From: Candidatus Zixiibacteriota bacterium
GTDB taxonomy: Bacteria > Zixibacteria > MSB-5A5 > UBA10806 > 4484-95
Length of the DNA stretch: 50,264 nucleotides
NCBI GenBank assembly: GCA_029932605.1
Contig: JAOZPT010000013.1
Location: forward strand, 1 to 50,264
Reading direction: 5' to 3'
Shown here: piece after piece, positions 1 through 10,004 of the stretch
How positions within the stretch are numbered: the first letter of the stretch is position 1
Layout of the letters: every line of letters begins with the position of its first letter
The notes under the pieces: model-generated
The model's input: only the letters and a program-made list of their open reading frames with translations
The model's database searches: none
Told to the model about the DNA's origin: nothing
Translations under genes and position numbers: made by a program

Positions 1-998
1 TGTTTGACAACACTGATGTGGATTATGACCTTGCCCCTACTTATGAATGGATTGAGATCAATCCCAGCCTTGGTGGCCAGGGCACACGGCTTAGTTTCTC
101 CGAAAGTGATGACGCCTCGGTGCTTATCAACCTGCCGTTTGATGTTCAATATTACGGCCAGACCTATGGTCATATGATAGTTTGCACAAACGGTTTTGTA
201 GATTTTGACACCATTCCATATGATATGGCCGGTCACTACTGGTTCAACTGGGCAAATTACCCAATTCCTGATCCTGGCTGTGCTAAAGCCCAGATCTCTC
301 CATTCTGGGATGATTTAAAATATACAGGCTCAACCCATGGTGTCTATACATACTATGATGAGGATAACGATAGGTTTATAATTGAGTGGAGTGGCATGAC
401 ACATGCTAACACAAGTTCCCCCGAGACGTTCCAGATGATTATCTATGACCCGGCTGAATACCCTACGCCTACCGGTGATGCCGAATTCGTTTTTCAGTAT
501 CATACGATCTATAACAATGACAGCGGTGGCTCGGATGCTAACAGACCGGAATCATATTCCTCTGTGGGATTTGAGAACTGGGACGAGGATGATGGATTGC
601 AGTATGAATACGATAATGTATATCATCCTGGAGCAGCCACACTGCAAGCCGGCCGGGCGATAAAAATAACCACAGCGACGACAAGTTCTTTCTGTGATTA
701 TGTTCCCGGTGATGCCAATGGCGATGGTAGTGTGATGGGTAACGATGTTACCTATAGTGTTCGCTACTTCAAGGGCCTTGGTGACCCACCTCCCGATAGT
801 TGCCCATACAACGGTGGCTGGTTATACTCGGCTGGTGATGCTAACGGTAATTGCTCATATACAGGTTCTGATGTGACTTTTCTTGTGGGTTATTTCAAGG
901 GCTTAAATCCTGAGGTACTGTGGTGTCCGGACACGCCACCACCAGTTTATCTTAATCCCATTCTTCGTCATGGAACAACCCCTGCCTCCCAGCGATGA
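1..998 (+). CDS. 5'-truncated large secreted protein, C-terminal part: acidic beta-rich domain followed by twin dockerin-like Ca-binding repeats
   Basis: The frame is open from the window start (FDNTDVDYDLAP...). It has ISPFWDDL and FIIEW motifs typical of secreted FCB-group proteins, then GDANGDGSVMGNDVTY and GDANGNCSYTGSDVTF repeats at the C-terminus. Confidence 0.8.
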   Translation, partial: FDNTDVDYDLAPTYEWIEINPSLGGQGTRLSFSESDDASVLINLPFDVQYYGQTYGHMIVCTNGFVDFDTIPYDMAGHYWFNWANYPIPDPGCAKAQISPFWDDLKYTGSTHGVYTYYDEDNDRFIIEWSGMTHANTSSPETFQMIIYDPAEYPTPTGDAEFVFQYHTIYNNDSGGSDANRPESYSSVGFENWDEDDGLQYEYDNVYHPGAATLQAGRAIKITTATTSSFCDYVPGDANGDGSVMGNDVTYSVRYFKGLGDPPPDSCPYNGGWLYSAGDANGNCSYTGSDVTFLVGYFKGLNPEVLWCPDTPPPVYLNPILRHGTTPASQR

Positions 999-1046
999 TG
1001 TTATAATCCGTTAACTTAACCTCAACGGGTAATATCCCGGTACTTT

Positions 1047-1079
1047 AAGCCCCCTTCCTCTGATTGGGAGGGGGCTTTA
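1047..1079 (+). terminator. Intrinsic terminator-like hairpin
   Basis: AAGCCCCCTTCC-tctgatt-GGGAGGGGGCTT followed by a short T run, about 50 nt after the stop codon. Confidence 0.7.
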
Positions 1080-1350
1080 ATCATTGATTGTTATCGCGAA
1101 AAGACTGGCTTTTAGAAGTAAGACCAACGATAATGAAACCACGCAACTTTAATAGAGATTTTCCGTATCCATAAATGCAATTAAAAAAGAGGGCAAAAAA
1201 GCTGTTTGAAGAATAGGTTGGTCGCCATGAAAACTCAAACAACAGGTTCCTTACCCCGAAGGGGAAATCCGTATTTGCCCTCATGTTTAAAATAAGTGAA
1301 AAAGGGTAAAAAGTCAATAATAAATGTTAACCTTAACGCAGGAGGAAAAG

Positions 1351-1812
1351 ATGAGCAGAAAATTATTAAATGTGGTTTTGGTTTTTATGTTTGCGTCGAT
1401 GATTACAATGCCGGTTTTGTTATATGCTGGTGGAGACGTTCCAGAAACACCTATCACAAAAATCTTAAGCTGTAAGACCGGTTTACAGTTATCCGATTCG
1501 CAAATCAAGAAACTCACAATCTTGGACAATAACCTGAAAAACCAGATAATCCAGCTTAGGTGCCAGGCCCAAATTCGGAAAACGGAGATCGATAATTTCA
1601 CCTCAAACTGGCTAAATATGAACGGCACAGCAGTACGTCAACTTATTAAGGAATATTATAATTTTCTAGCAGATATAAAATTGCTTAATATTAAAGCCAT
1701 TATGCAAGCTCGCGGAGTTCTAACCAGGGAACAACTTAAAAAGTTTACCGAGCTTGTCTCGATTGAGTCGATGATACAGAAAATGGAATCAGGTATTGCC
1801 CAGTTTGATTAA
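1351..1812 (+). CDS. Spy/CpxP-like periplasmic helical protein (LTxxQ family)
   Basis: RBS GGAGG precedes ATG 1351. Signal peptide is present, with LQLSDSQIKKL and VLTREQLKKF motifs. Confidence 0.7.
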   Translation: MSRKLLNVVLVFMFASMITMPVLLYAGGDVPETPITKILSCKTGLQLSDSQIKKLTILDNNLKNQIIQLRCQAQIRKTEIDNFTSNWLNMNGTAVRQLIKEYYNFLADIKLLNIKAIMQARGVLTREQLKKFTELVSIESMIQKMESGIAQFD

Positions 1813-1852
1813 AATCAATAAACCATAAACCCTGTTTAAAAATCTGATCCAT

Positions 1853-1890
1853 ACTCCCGGTTTTTCCCCTCGGCCGGGAGTTTTTATTTT
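1853..1890 (+). terminator. Intrinsic terminator
   Basis: ACTCCCGG...CCGGGAGT stem followed by TTTTATTTT. Confidence 0.75.
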
Positions 1891-2025
1891 TCCATAATAA
1901 GACACCCTATTATATGAACCAATTAGAATACACAGGAACGACAATATTACAAATATTATTTTGATAATTGTTGAGACAGTATTAATGTTTTTTTGATTAA
2001 CTCTCATACCTTAAGAGGTGGGGGT

Positions 2026-2050
2026 TAAAGATTTTAAGTATATGCCGATA
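2026..2050 (+). promoter_or_regulatory. Putative sigma28 (FliA/SigD)-type promoter of the wzz-GT operon
   Basis: TAAA-N14-GCCGATA located 65 nt upstream of ATG 2115. Confidence 0.45.
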
Positions 2051-2114
2051 CTTTTAAGGAATTGATTTACACAAAGGGTGGGTGATTTTCTAACATGGTT
2101 TTAGGAGTTAAAGG

Positions 2115-3182
2115 ATGACATCAAACAGACTTTATGAATCTAAACAGGAAATGGGCAGGTTTAACTTATCGTTTTCCGAGGTTGTTCGTATAGTGTTATC
2201 TCGATGGAAATTCGTTTCCCTTTTTGCTCTGGGAACCGCTATCTGCACAGCGATTATTGTTCTTCTTATACCCAACAAATATACAGCCACATCTACAATC
2301 CTTCCGACTTCAACTGACCTAACAAAGAAAGGAGCGTTTTCTTTAAATGAGATGATGCCTGATTTGGGATCAATGGGCATGAGCTTCTGGGAAAAGTCAC
2401 CCTCGATTTTATACCCTGAGATCTTAAAGAGCCGCTTTCTGGGAGAGGATGTTTTAAGAAAGAATTATTCAATTACGAAAAAAGGTAAAACAATCACTTT
2501 CGATCTTTACGAATATTTCAAGACGGACAACCCTGACTTAGCATACAAATCTCTACACAAAATTACAGCTATTGATTATAACAAGAAAACTGGCATTGTC
2601 AGTGTATCTGTAACCACAAGGGATGCTCAGCTTTCAGCCCAGATAGCTAATTACTACATCCAGTGTTTGGATGAATTCAACAAACATAAACGCAAAACAG
2701 GCGCTGGATTAAACCGTGAGTTTATTGAGAAACGAATGGCTGACACCGAGAAACAACTTGAACAAGCCGAGGAAAACCTTAAGTCGTTCCGTGAGAAAAA
2801 CCTTAATTATTTCCGTTCAACCGACCCTGAGTTACTGATGGAGCATGATCGTTTATTTCGCGAAGTTGAGGTGAAGACCAAAGTTTATCTTACTTTATCT
2901 CAACAATACGAACTTGCCGCAATCCAGGAGAAAAAAGAATTGCCTGTTATACAGGTGTTAGATGTCGCTAAGCCTCCAACTTTAAAAAGCGGACCGGCAA
3001 GAGCCAAGACCACTATACTGGGGTTGCTAATGGGAATCTTGATATCGTCGATCATGGTGATTGCACAACAACAACAATTCATTAAAAGCAATGATATCGA
3101 TATAAAAAGGCTCATAAGGAAATTGCGCTTTGTTCGACTTCCCCAGACAATAAAAAAAACCGAAAGCATAAAGAAAGGTTAA
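2115..3182 (+). CDS. Polysaccharide chain-length determinant (Wzz/GNVR family, no kinase domain)
   Basis: N-terminal TM, PNKYTATSTILP, a coiled-coil region, VIQVLDVAKPP-KSGP and a C-terminal TM. Confidence 0.85.
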   Translation: MTSNRLYESKQEMGRFNLSFSEVVRIVLSRWKFVSLFALGTAICTAIIVLLIPNKYTATSTILPTSTDLTKKGAFSLNEMMPDLGSMGMSFWEKSPSILYPEILKSRFLGEDVLRKNYSITKKGKTITFDLYEYFKTDNPDLAYKSLHKITAIDYNKKTGIVSVSVTTRDAQLSAQIANYYIQCLDEFNKHKRKTGAGLNREFIEKRMADTEKQLEQAEENLKSFREKNLNYFRSTDPELLMEHDRLFREVEVKTKVYLTLSQQYELAAIQEKKELPVIQVLDVAKPPTLKSGPARAKTTILGLLMGILISSIMVIAQQQQFIKSNDIDIKRLIRKLRFVRLPQTIKKTESIKKG

Positions 3183-3289
3183 GGGATCTTCGATGTTTAA
3201 ATATCATAAAAAACCAGATAATTCTTTCCAAACCATTAACTCGAAATATCGAGTCTTGAAATAATCAATAATAAATAAGGGGGTATATT

Positions 3290-4636
3290 TTGCCTATCCT
3301 GTTTCCAGATGATTTTAAGCGGTTTATTCCTCCTATTAAAAACCCGTATCGACTGCGGATAGCGGATTCGCACGAATTTGTCGAGCTTTATCGCGGTGAC
3401 AAAGACCTCCGCGTGGGCAAGGTACTTTGCCAGAAATACAACTGCGAATTTGTTCAGCTCGGCACTGATATTGCCAGTCCGGCCGATTCAAGGGTTTTCA
3501 AAACAAAAAGTTTCCCATTTGACCAGATAGGACAGCTACCTGAAAACTACTATCTCCTGCTTATGAAAACACGTCTTATAGTTCATCGAAAGGGCAATAT
3601 CAGTCTGGGCGGTTTTTTCAGATGGACACCGGGGATAGCCCGTCAGTTGTTTCGCTGGAAACCTGACTTGATATTGGAAAACCCTTATCTCACCCTCACT
3701 CCGCGTTCATACATGACATTTTTTGCCTCTAAGTTGATGAAGATCCCTTTGGTTTACCTTGATTGCGGTGATATTATGCCTCAGCTTACATTAAAGCATA
3801 AAATAGTACTTCCATTCGAGAAAAGGGTTATCGGGAATGCGGCTGCGGTTATCACATATAACATTGAAGGTAAGAAGAGATTTACAAACAAGTATGGTTA
3901 TCCCTCCAACAAGATATATGTGATACCCAAACCCATCGATACTTTAAGATTTAATCCTGATGTAGACTGTCAGGATTTTAAGAAGAAATATAGTCTTGGG
4001 GGTAAGTTTGTGGTGGGTTATTTCGGGCGGCTTTGCACCAACAAGGGAGCAAGATATCTTCTGGATGCTGCCGATATCATGCGTAGTCGTCAAACTGACG
4101 ATAATACGACATTCCTGTTCGTGGGTGGGAATCTTGAAGCCGATCAGTCAGCAGAATTTAGAAATCATCTGCATAAGCTTAAACTTGATAACGTAAAATT
4201 GACCGGCATGGTGCCCAATAAAGACATACCCGAGGCTTATGCAGCGGTTGATATAGCGGTTTATCCCGATGTTACCAATTTACCGGGGTTTTCCACAGTT
4301 CTTGCCGAAAGCATGGCTTCAGGCAAGCCAATTATAATCGGCATAAAAGGTTGGGAGGATGCCATACCCATTATAGACGGCGAAACTGGTTTAATAATTG
4401 AAGCTAGAAATCCGAAACAGATAGCTGACAGGATTGAACTTTTAAAAGCCGACCATAACTTAAGAAAGAAACTATCAGGTAATGTCCTAAAATTTGCCAA
4501 ACAAGAGATGGATTATGATAAGGTGGTGGCCAAGTATTATAACATCTTCTGTAAATTGACCGGTAAAAAACTAATGGATTTTGAGAACAAGAATGTTGAC
4601 AGCCCAAAGTATAAACTTGAGAAAACCGCTGTTTGA
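3290..4636 (+). CDS. Glycosyltransferase family 4
   Basis: GYFGRL..NKG and the variant GT4 motif PGFSTVLAESMASGKPII. TTG start follows GGGGG. Confidence 0.85.
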   Translation: MPILFPDDFKRFIPPIKNPYRLRIADSHEFVELYRGDKDLRVGKVLCQKYNCEFVQLGTDIASPADSRVFKTKSFPFDQIGQLPENYYLLLMKTRLIVHRKGNISLGGFFRWTPGIARQLFRWKPDLILENPYLTLTPRSYMTFFASKLMKIPLVYLDCGDIMPQLTLKHKIVLPFEKRVIGNAAAVITYNIEGKKRFTNKYGYPSNKIYVIPKPIDTLRFNPDVDCQDFKKKYSLGGKFVVGYFGRLCTNKGARYLLDAADIMRSRQTDDNTTFLFVGGNLEADQSAEFRNHLHKLKLDNVKLTGMVPNKDIPEAYAAVDIAVYPDVTNLPGFSTVLAESMASGKPIIIGIKGWEDAIPIIDGETGLIIEARNPKQIADRIELLKADHNLRKKLSGNVLKFAKQEMDYDKVVAKYYNIFCKLTGKKLMDFENKNVDSPKYKLEKTAV

Positions 4637-6110
4637 GCGGTTGTATTTTTTAATCCCGGCGATAATCTTAACAGCCCTTGTTGCCACTTTTGCGCTTGAG
4701 CTAACAGGGTTTCTTCTGGCTGGAATTTTATTCGCGTATTTCTGGAAACATAAAGACAGGTTGGTACTGTTTTTAATCATTTACACCCCCTTTGAGGAAG
4801 TAGTTCTAAAGATCTTACCGGACTCACTATATGGGCCCGCCAGGTACTTTTGGGAGGGGATGCTATTTGCGATGCTGGGGTTGATGATTCTTGATAAGTG
4901 CATTCTCTCTCGCCAATGGAAAAAAAGCGTTATCGACGTATTGGTTTTGGTTTTTATAATAGCTTGGTTTCTATCAGGTTTTATTAATAACATTCCTATT
5001 TTCTTTTCTTTAGCCAGCATTAAAAACCTTATCAGATATATAGCGATTTTTTATATTGTTTATAATCTCAAGCCGGACAAAAAATTCCTCTCAAAAGCAA
5101 TATTTTCGATTATCACAATTGCTGTGATACAGTCTGTTATCTGCATAGGCCAAGCCATTGAAGGTGATAAGTTGGTAGAAGTTTTTAGGCCAAAGGATGT
5201 GGTTGTTGGAAATTTGCAATTGACATATCAAGATATCCAACGAGAAACATATTACAGCCGGTTCACAGGGACACTTTCACGGAGCAATCATCTTGGCAAT
5301 TACCTTACTTTTGCTCTCTGTTTCTTAATTGCTGTATATTTCAAAATAGGAAAAAATTCTAAGTATTTAATTGCTATAGCGCTTATCATAATAGCCTTAT
5401 TCTTTAGCTCCTCAAGGATATCATGGATCAGTGCCTTTATAGGGATTGGAGCGATACATTTTATTATCAGGCATCGATTCAGATTGTTTTATTTAATTTT
5501 ACCTTTGTTATTTATACTTATGATGGCAAGAGGTAATCCATTTGTTAAAACTGATAATCTATCTGAACATTTTAGTATACTCAATAGGTTTTATCATATT
5601 TTCACAGTAGAATATATAGATCTGGTTAAATATACTGGAAGAGGTTATGCTTTGCTTTATGCAATGCCTAAGGTGCTCACAACAAGCCCGATCTTTGGCC
5701 TTGGACCAGGAAGTTTTATACCTATGACTGGACATATAATGGAGTCTGAAGTATTTGACAAAGCAGATGATTTGGAACTGGAAAGGAAGTCTCTCACATA
5801 TGTCCACGATGTTGGTTACGCTGCATTATTTATCCAAGTTGGATTGATTGGGGCATTCGTTTTTATCTTGATGTTTATACACTTTTTCAAGATGGCTAAG
5901 AGAACATTGAAATTTATAAAAGATCCTATTGTTCAAACATTGTCTCTCGGCTCATTAGGATTTTTTGTGGCGGTTGGTATCCAAAATTTGGCCACATTCA
6001 ATTTTATGTATCGCAACGAATCATTAATAATTTGGACAGTTTGTGGGTTTATAGCACTATTTTCAAAAACTTATAGAAAGAAAATAAGTGGTTCTATATC
6101 AGAAAAATAA
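4581..6110 (+). CDS. O-antigen ligase / Wzy polymerase family membrane protein
   Basis: About 12 TM segments with RFTGTLSRSNHLG, SSSRISW, PIFGLGPG and VHD..YAALFIQVG motifs. The start position is uncertain. Confidence 0.85.
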   Translation: MRTRMLTAQSINLRKPLFERLYFLIPAIILTALVATFALELTGFLLAGILFAYFWKHKDRLVLFLIIYTPFEEVVLKILPDSLYGPARYFWEGMLFAMLGLMILDKCILSRQWKKSVIDVLVLVFIIAWFLSGFINNIPIFFSLASIKNLIRYIAIFYIVYNLKPDKKFLSKAIFSIITIAVIQSVICIGQAIEGDKLVEVFRPKDVVVGNLQLTYQDIQRETYYSRFTGTLSRSNHLGNYLTFALCFLIAVYFKIGKNSKYLIAIALIIIALFFSSSRISWISAFIGIGAIHFIIRHRFRLFYLILPLLFILMMARGNPFVKTDNLSEHFSILNRFYHIFTVEYIDLVKYTGRGYALLYAMPKVLTTSPIFGLGPGSFIPMTGHIMESEVFDKADDLELERKSLTYVHDVGYAALFIQVGLIGAFVFILMFIHFFKMAKRTLKFIKDPIVQTLSLGSLGFFVAVGIQNLATFNFMYRNESLIIWTVCGFIALFSKTYRKKISGSISEK

Positions 6111-6171
6111 TATTGATAAGGCTTATAATTAGTGTATGCTTTAAAGTAATACATTATTTTAAGTTAGCGAG

Positions 6172-7512
6172 GTGAGAAAATTTAAGGAAATAGGTTTTAC
6201 TAGCCGCCTGACAGTATTGGTAACTATTGCTGTTGTAGGGATTTTAACACGGATTCCATTTCTCGATAAGGGATTTGGTGAAGATTTTGATGGTTGGCGA
6301 GTGGTCTATGTTGGACAGCATATTGCATCTGGAATTTTTTATGAGGCTTCCCGTTTGCCTGGTTATCCTGTTGTAGAATATATTCATGCTCTCATCGAAT
6401 GGTTAGGCGCTTCAGGGCCAATAGTACATAACTGCTTAGCTCTCATTTCGGGATTGTTTCTTGGTTTCCTTTTCTATTATGAGACTAAAAATCTTATTGC
6501 TTCCGCAGGATTGCTATTACACCCGCTTATCTGGATTCATAGTACCACAAGTATGGATTATCTGATTGGTGCAACATTGATATTCGGCACTTGGGTATCA
6601 GCCCGATCTCATCCAGTGTTAAGTGGATTGTTAGGTGGAATTGCCACTGGAACCCGTATGACATTGACATTAACTTTTATATCGCTGACACGAAAGTTGG
6701 CGACGGCATTAATATGGATATGCGTTGCCGTTATATCCTTCTTGCCCGTTTTTTTAACTTATGGGTTCCAGATGTTTTCTTATGCACAATCAGATATAAA
6801 ACTAGGCATAGCAATATATAAATGCGTCTATGAGGTTTTTGGTATGCCACTTTTCCTTGGAATCTTAGCGCTTTTCATTTTTTATTGGAAAAGGATTCGT
6901 TATGTTTTTAATGATTCATACTCCCGTCGTATACTGATAACTATTGGCCTTTTAATTATTCCCTACTTAGCTTTACCTGTAGAAACAGCTTATATTATAC
7001 CGATATTGCCATTTGCCTACTTACTTGCAGTACGATGGTTTCCTAAGCGCTGGCTTTTCATTGGCGTAATTCTAGCTGTACTCAATGGATTAATATCATT
7101 CGGAGTCATTGACCCCCAGGCTTACAGAGAATACGGACGAGTTGCAATTCATGCTGTTTCGCCTGGAAGGGTAATCCGCGATTACCAAGTACGCGTTGAG
7201 CAAAAAAGTCGTGCAAAATTGCTTGCCAAAGCCAACTACCCAAAGAATTCTTATGTTTTCATCGATGTTTTTCCATCTGCTATTGTGGAAGCAGCCCCTC
7301 ATCGGTGGCAATTAACAGATTTCTTTGAGGCATATGATCCTTTACAAAATGTAACTTTAACAGGCGAGCTTTCCCCAAAAGATATTAAGGAGGCGATAGC
7401 AAACAACATATCCATTTATTATTTGGCCAATAGAGGGTTACGCTATCAGTATGAAAGGATATACGGTCATGACCCCGATGAACTTAATGCTAAGCCATTA
7501 ATTATTAAATAA
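6172..7512 (+). CDS. Polytopic membrane protein, possible GT-C-fold glycosyltransferase
   Basis: TM1 is followed by an acidic loop (GEDFDGW...PGYPV), then many TMs and a soluble C-terminal domain. It sits inside the glycan cluster. Confidence 0.55.
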   Translation: MRKFKEIGFTSRLTVLVTIAVVGILTRIPFLDKGFGEDFDGWRVVYVGQHIASGIFYEASRLPGYPVVEYIHALIEWLGASGPIVHNCLALISGLFLGFLFYYETKNLIASAGLLLHPLIWIHSTTSMDYLIGATLIFGTWVSARSHPVLSGLLGGIATGTRMTLTLTFISLTRKLATALIWICVAVISFLPVFLTYGFQMFSYAQSDIKLGIAIYKCVYEVFGMPLFLGILALFIFYWKRIRYVFNDSYSRRILITIGLLIIPYLALPVETAYIIPILPFAYLLAVRWFPKRWLFIGVILAVLNGLISFGVIDPQAYREYGRVAIHAVSPGRVIRDYQVRVEQKSRAKLLAKANYPKNSYVFIDVFPSAIVEAAPHRWQLTDFFEAYDPLQNVTLTGELSPKDIKEAIANNISIYYLANRGLRYQYERIYGHDPDELNAKPLIIK

Positions 7513-7559
7513 GACCAAGACGTTTTTAGTTAGTAGATTTTCAGAAGGAATGTGGATGA

Positions 7560-8834
7560 ATGAAGATACTTATCGCTAATAAATATCTCTACCCTCGCGG
7601 TGGCGATTGCCTTTATACGTTAAGATTGATGAAACTGTTGACAGATGCCGGTCACACGGTGATACCGTTTTCGATGCACCATCCACAGAACATTAAGACC
7701 GATTATGACAGATATTTCGTACCGTATATCGATTTCCGCGAGGAGCTGAAGCGATTTGATATTAAAAGTGCTATTAAAGTTGTCTCGAGGTCAATTTATA
7801 ACGCTAAAGCCGTAGAGTTGATGCAACAAGTTATCGAAGACCACCACCCTGACATCATTCACCTCAATAACATTCATCACCAGCTTACTCCAGCTATTCT
7901 CAAATGGCCTGCAAAATACAATATACCTGTAGTCTGGACTCTTCACGATTATATCTTAAGCTGCCCTGATAACACTTTTCTGAGAAATGGAAAAATTTGT
8001 GATAAATGCGCCCATGGGAACAATCTTTATGCCATAGTCCACCGCTGTAAAAAAGGTTCGCTCGGTGCCAGCCTTATCGCCGTTGTCGAATGCTCTTTTT
8101 ACTATCCAAAAAGACTGGCAAAAACTGTTTATAAGTTTATATCGCCAAGTCGATTCCTGGCTGACACGTTAACCAAAAACAGCCTGCCCGATGAGAAGGT
8201 GGCGAACATACCCAATTTTATTCCACCTCTACAGCTACCTTCAACCGGTGATGACTATTTTCTTTATTTCGGAAGGTTGTCCGGTGAAAAAGGAGTTGAT
8301 ACTCTTCTCGAGGCCTTTGCCAAGCTTGGCAAAGGGAAGTTGATAATTGCTGGAGACGGTCCGGACCGCCAGAAGCTCGAAAACAAGTCCATAGAACTCA
8401 ATTTAACCAATGCCTCGTTCGTTGGCTATCAAACGCCAGAATCAATTTTTAACCTTTTATCAGGATGTCTGGCGTCAATAGTACCATCGATCTGGTGGGA
8501 GAATTTCCCGTATTCTGTAATGGAGGCCATGGCTGCTGGTAAACCGGTTATCGCCTCGACAACCGGTGGCATACCGGAGCAGATTGAACATGAAAAAAAC
8601 GGTTTGTTGTTTGAGCCGGGTAATGCAGAACAACTGGCTCAGTGTATGGCAAGACTTTATCATGACAGAAAACTGGCCAAAGAATTAGGTCAGGCAGGCC
8701 ATGATAAAACTATAACGGAATATAGCCCTGAAACACACTATCAGAGAATAATGAAGATTTATAGTGAGGCGGTCGATAAAATGAAAGATAGCAGTTCCGA
8801 ACGAAGAGTTCAGGGGCATATACACACAGCTTAA
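7560..8834 (+). CDS. Glycosyltransferase family 4
   Basis: MKILIANKY..RGG, YFGRLSGEKG and ENFPYSVMEAMAAGKPVI. Confidence 0.92.
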   Translation: MKILIANKYLYPRGGDCLYTLRLMKLLTDAGHTVIPFSMHHPQNIKTDYDRYFVPYIDFREELKRFDIKSAIKVVSRSIYNAKAVELMQQVIEDHHPDIIHLNNIHHQLTPAILKWPAKYNIPVVWTLHDYILSCPDNTFLRNGKICDKCAHGNNLYAIVHRCKKGSLGASLIAVVECSFYYPKRLAKTVYKFISPSRFLADTLTKNSLPDEKVANIPNFIPPLQLPSTGDDYFLYFGRLSGEKGVDTLLEAFAKLGKGKLIIAGDGPDRQKLENKSIELNLTNASFVGYQTPESIFNLLSGCLASIVPSIWWENFPYSVMEAMAAGKPVIASTTGGIPEQIEHEKNGLLFEPGNAEQLAQCMARLYHDRKLAKELGQAGHDKTITEYSPETHYQRIMKIYSEAVDKMKDSSSERRVQGHIHTA

Positions 8835-8861
8835 AGAATATTTTAAAATTTGAGGGGGATT

Positions 8862-9944
8862 ATGAATGCATGTGTGATTGCAACTTATAGATGTAATGCA
8901 CATTGTCATATGTGTGATATCTGGCGCAATCCAACCAAAAAAAGTGAGGAGATAACGCCGGATGTTGTCGCTAAAATGCCGGGTAATCTTGGAAGGATAA
9001 ATCTTACCGGTGGTGAGCCCATGCTACGTGACGATATAGAGGAGCTTGTCCGGATTCTGTATAAAAAATGCCGCATAGTCGAAATCAGCACCAACGGTTT
9101 CTATACTGACAGGCTGGTGAGGATAGCCGAGAAATACCCCAAGGTTATGATTCGAATCAGTCTTGAGGGATTACCTGCGTTAAATGACAGGCTCAGGGGT
9201 ATCACAAACGGATTCGATCATGCATTGCGCTCCATTCTGGAGCTTAAAAAGACCAAGGTTAAGGATATCGGTTTTTCCATTGTCATATGCGATAAAAATG
9301 TCAAGGATCTCGTTAGCCTGTATAATCTTGCAGTTGGTTTGAATGTTGAATTGGCTCAATCGACCATGCACAATTCCTGGTATTTCCACAAAACAGATAA
9401 CAAGGTTGATGATAAGCAGATTGTTCTTTGCGAAATGGAGAGATTCATGACGGAACTTTTAACCTCAAAGCGAAGCTCACTCAGGCTGAAAATTAAAGAT
9501 TGGTTGAGGGCATTTTTCAATCTTAGAATTTATCATTATATAAAATACGGCTACAGCCATCAGAGAACTTGTACAGCCGGTACCGATTTGTTTTTCCTTG
9601 ACCCATTCGGCGACATTCTTCCCTGCAACGGCACTGATGATAAATGGGTGATGGGTAATCTTAATGAAAAAACCTTTAAAGAGATATGGACCAGTCCCCA
9701 GGCGGAAAAAGTCAGGGAGATGGTCAAATCGTGCCGTAGAGACTGTGCCTTCATCGGTACAGCTCGTTTTGATATGTTAAGAAACCCAGCGCGACCAATT
9801 AAGTGGATATTGAAAAATAAGATACGCTTTATGCAGGGCAAATCTATAAGCGTTGATTTAGGTGAAGGGGATACTATCGTTGATAATATAGATACCATTC
9901 CTGTATTGGAACGCGAGAAAAGCAAAAAGCTCGTAATAAAGTAA
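8862..9944 (+). CDS. Radical SAM / SPASM-twitch domain protein
   Basis: CNAHCHMC (CxxxCxxC) and TGGEP, plus C-terminal CTAG...GDILPC...MGN...CRRDC. ATG 8862 follows GAGGGGG. Confidence 0.9.
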   Translation: MNACVIATYRCNAHCHMCDIWRNPTKKSEEITPDVVAKMPGNLGRINLTGGEPMLRDDIEELVRILYKKCRIVEISTNGFYTDRLVRIAEKYPKVMIRISLEGLPALNDRLRGITNGFDHALRSILELKKTKVKDIGFSIVICDKNVKDLVSLYNLAVGLNVELAQSTMHNSWYFHKTDNKVDDKQIVLCEMERFMTELLTSKRSSLRLKIKDWLRAFFNLRIYHYIKYGYSHQRTCTAGTDLFFLDPFGDILPCNGTDDKWVMGNLNEKTFKEIWTSPQAEKVREMVKSCRRDCAFIGTARFDMLRNPARPIKWILKNKIRFMQGKSISVDLGEGDTIVDNIDTIPVLEREKSKKLVIK

Positions 9945-10004
9945 GCTGCTTTTTAAAGCATTTTTGAACTAATTTGCTCTTATAACATTTTTCCGGGAGA
10001 GTGT

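Noticed and set aside
1200..1300. Possible riboswitch (GGCAAA and hairpin CCCCGAAGGGG) upstream of the Spy-like gene
   Set aside because: It lacks the second stem and conserved spacing of c-di-GMP-I or other riboswitches I can recognise. An Infernal/Rfam scan would settle it.
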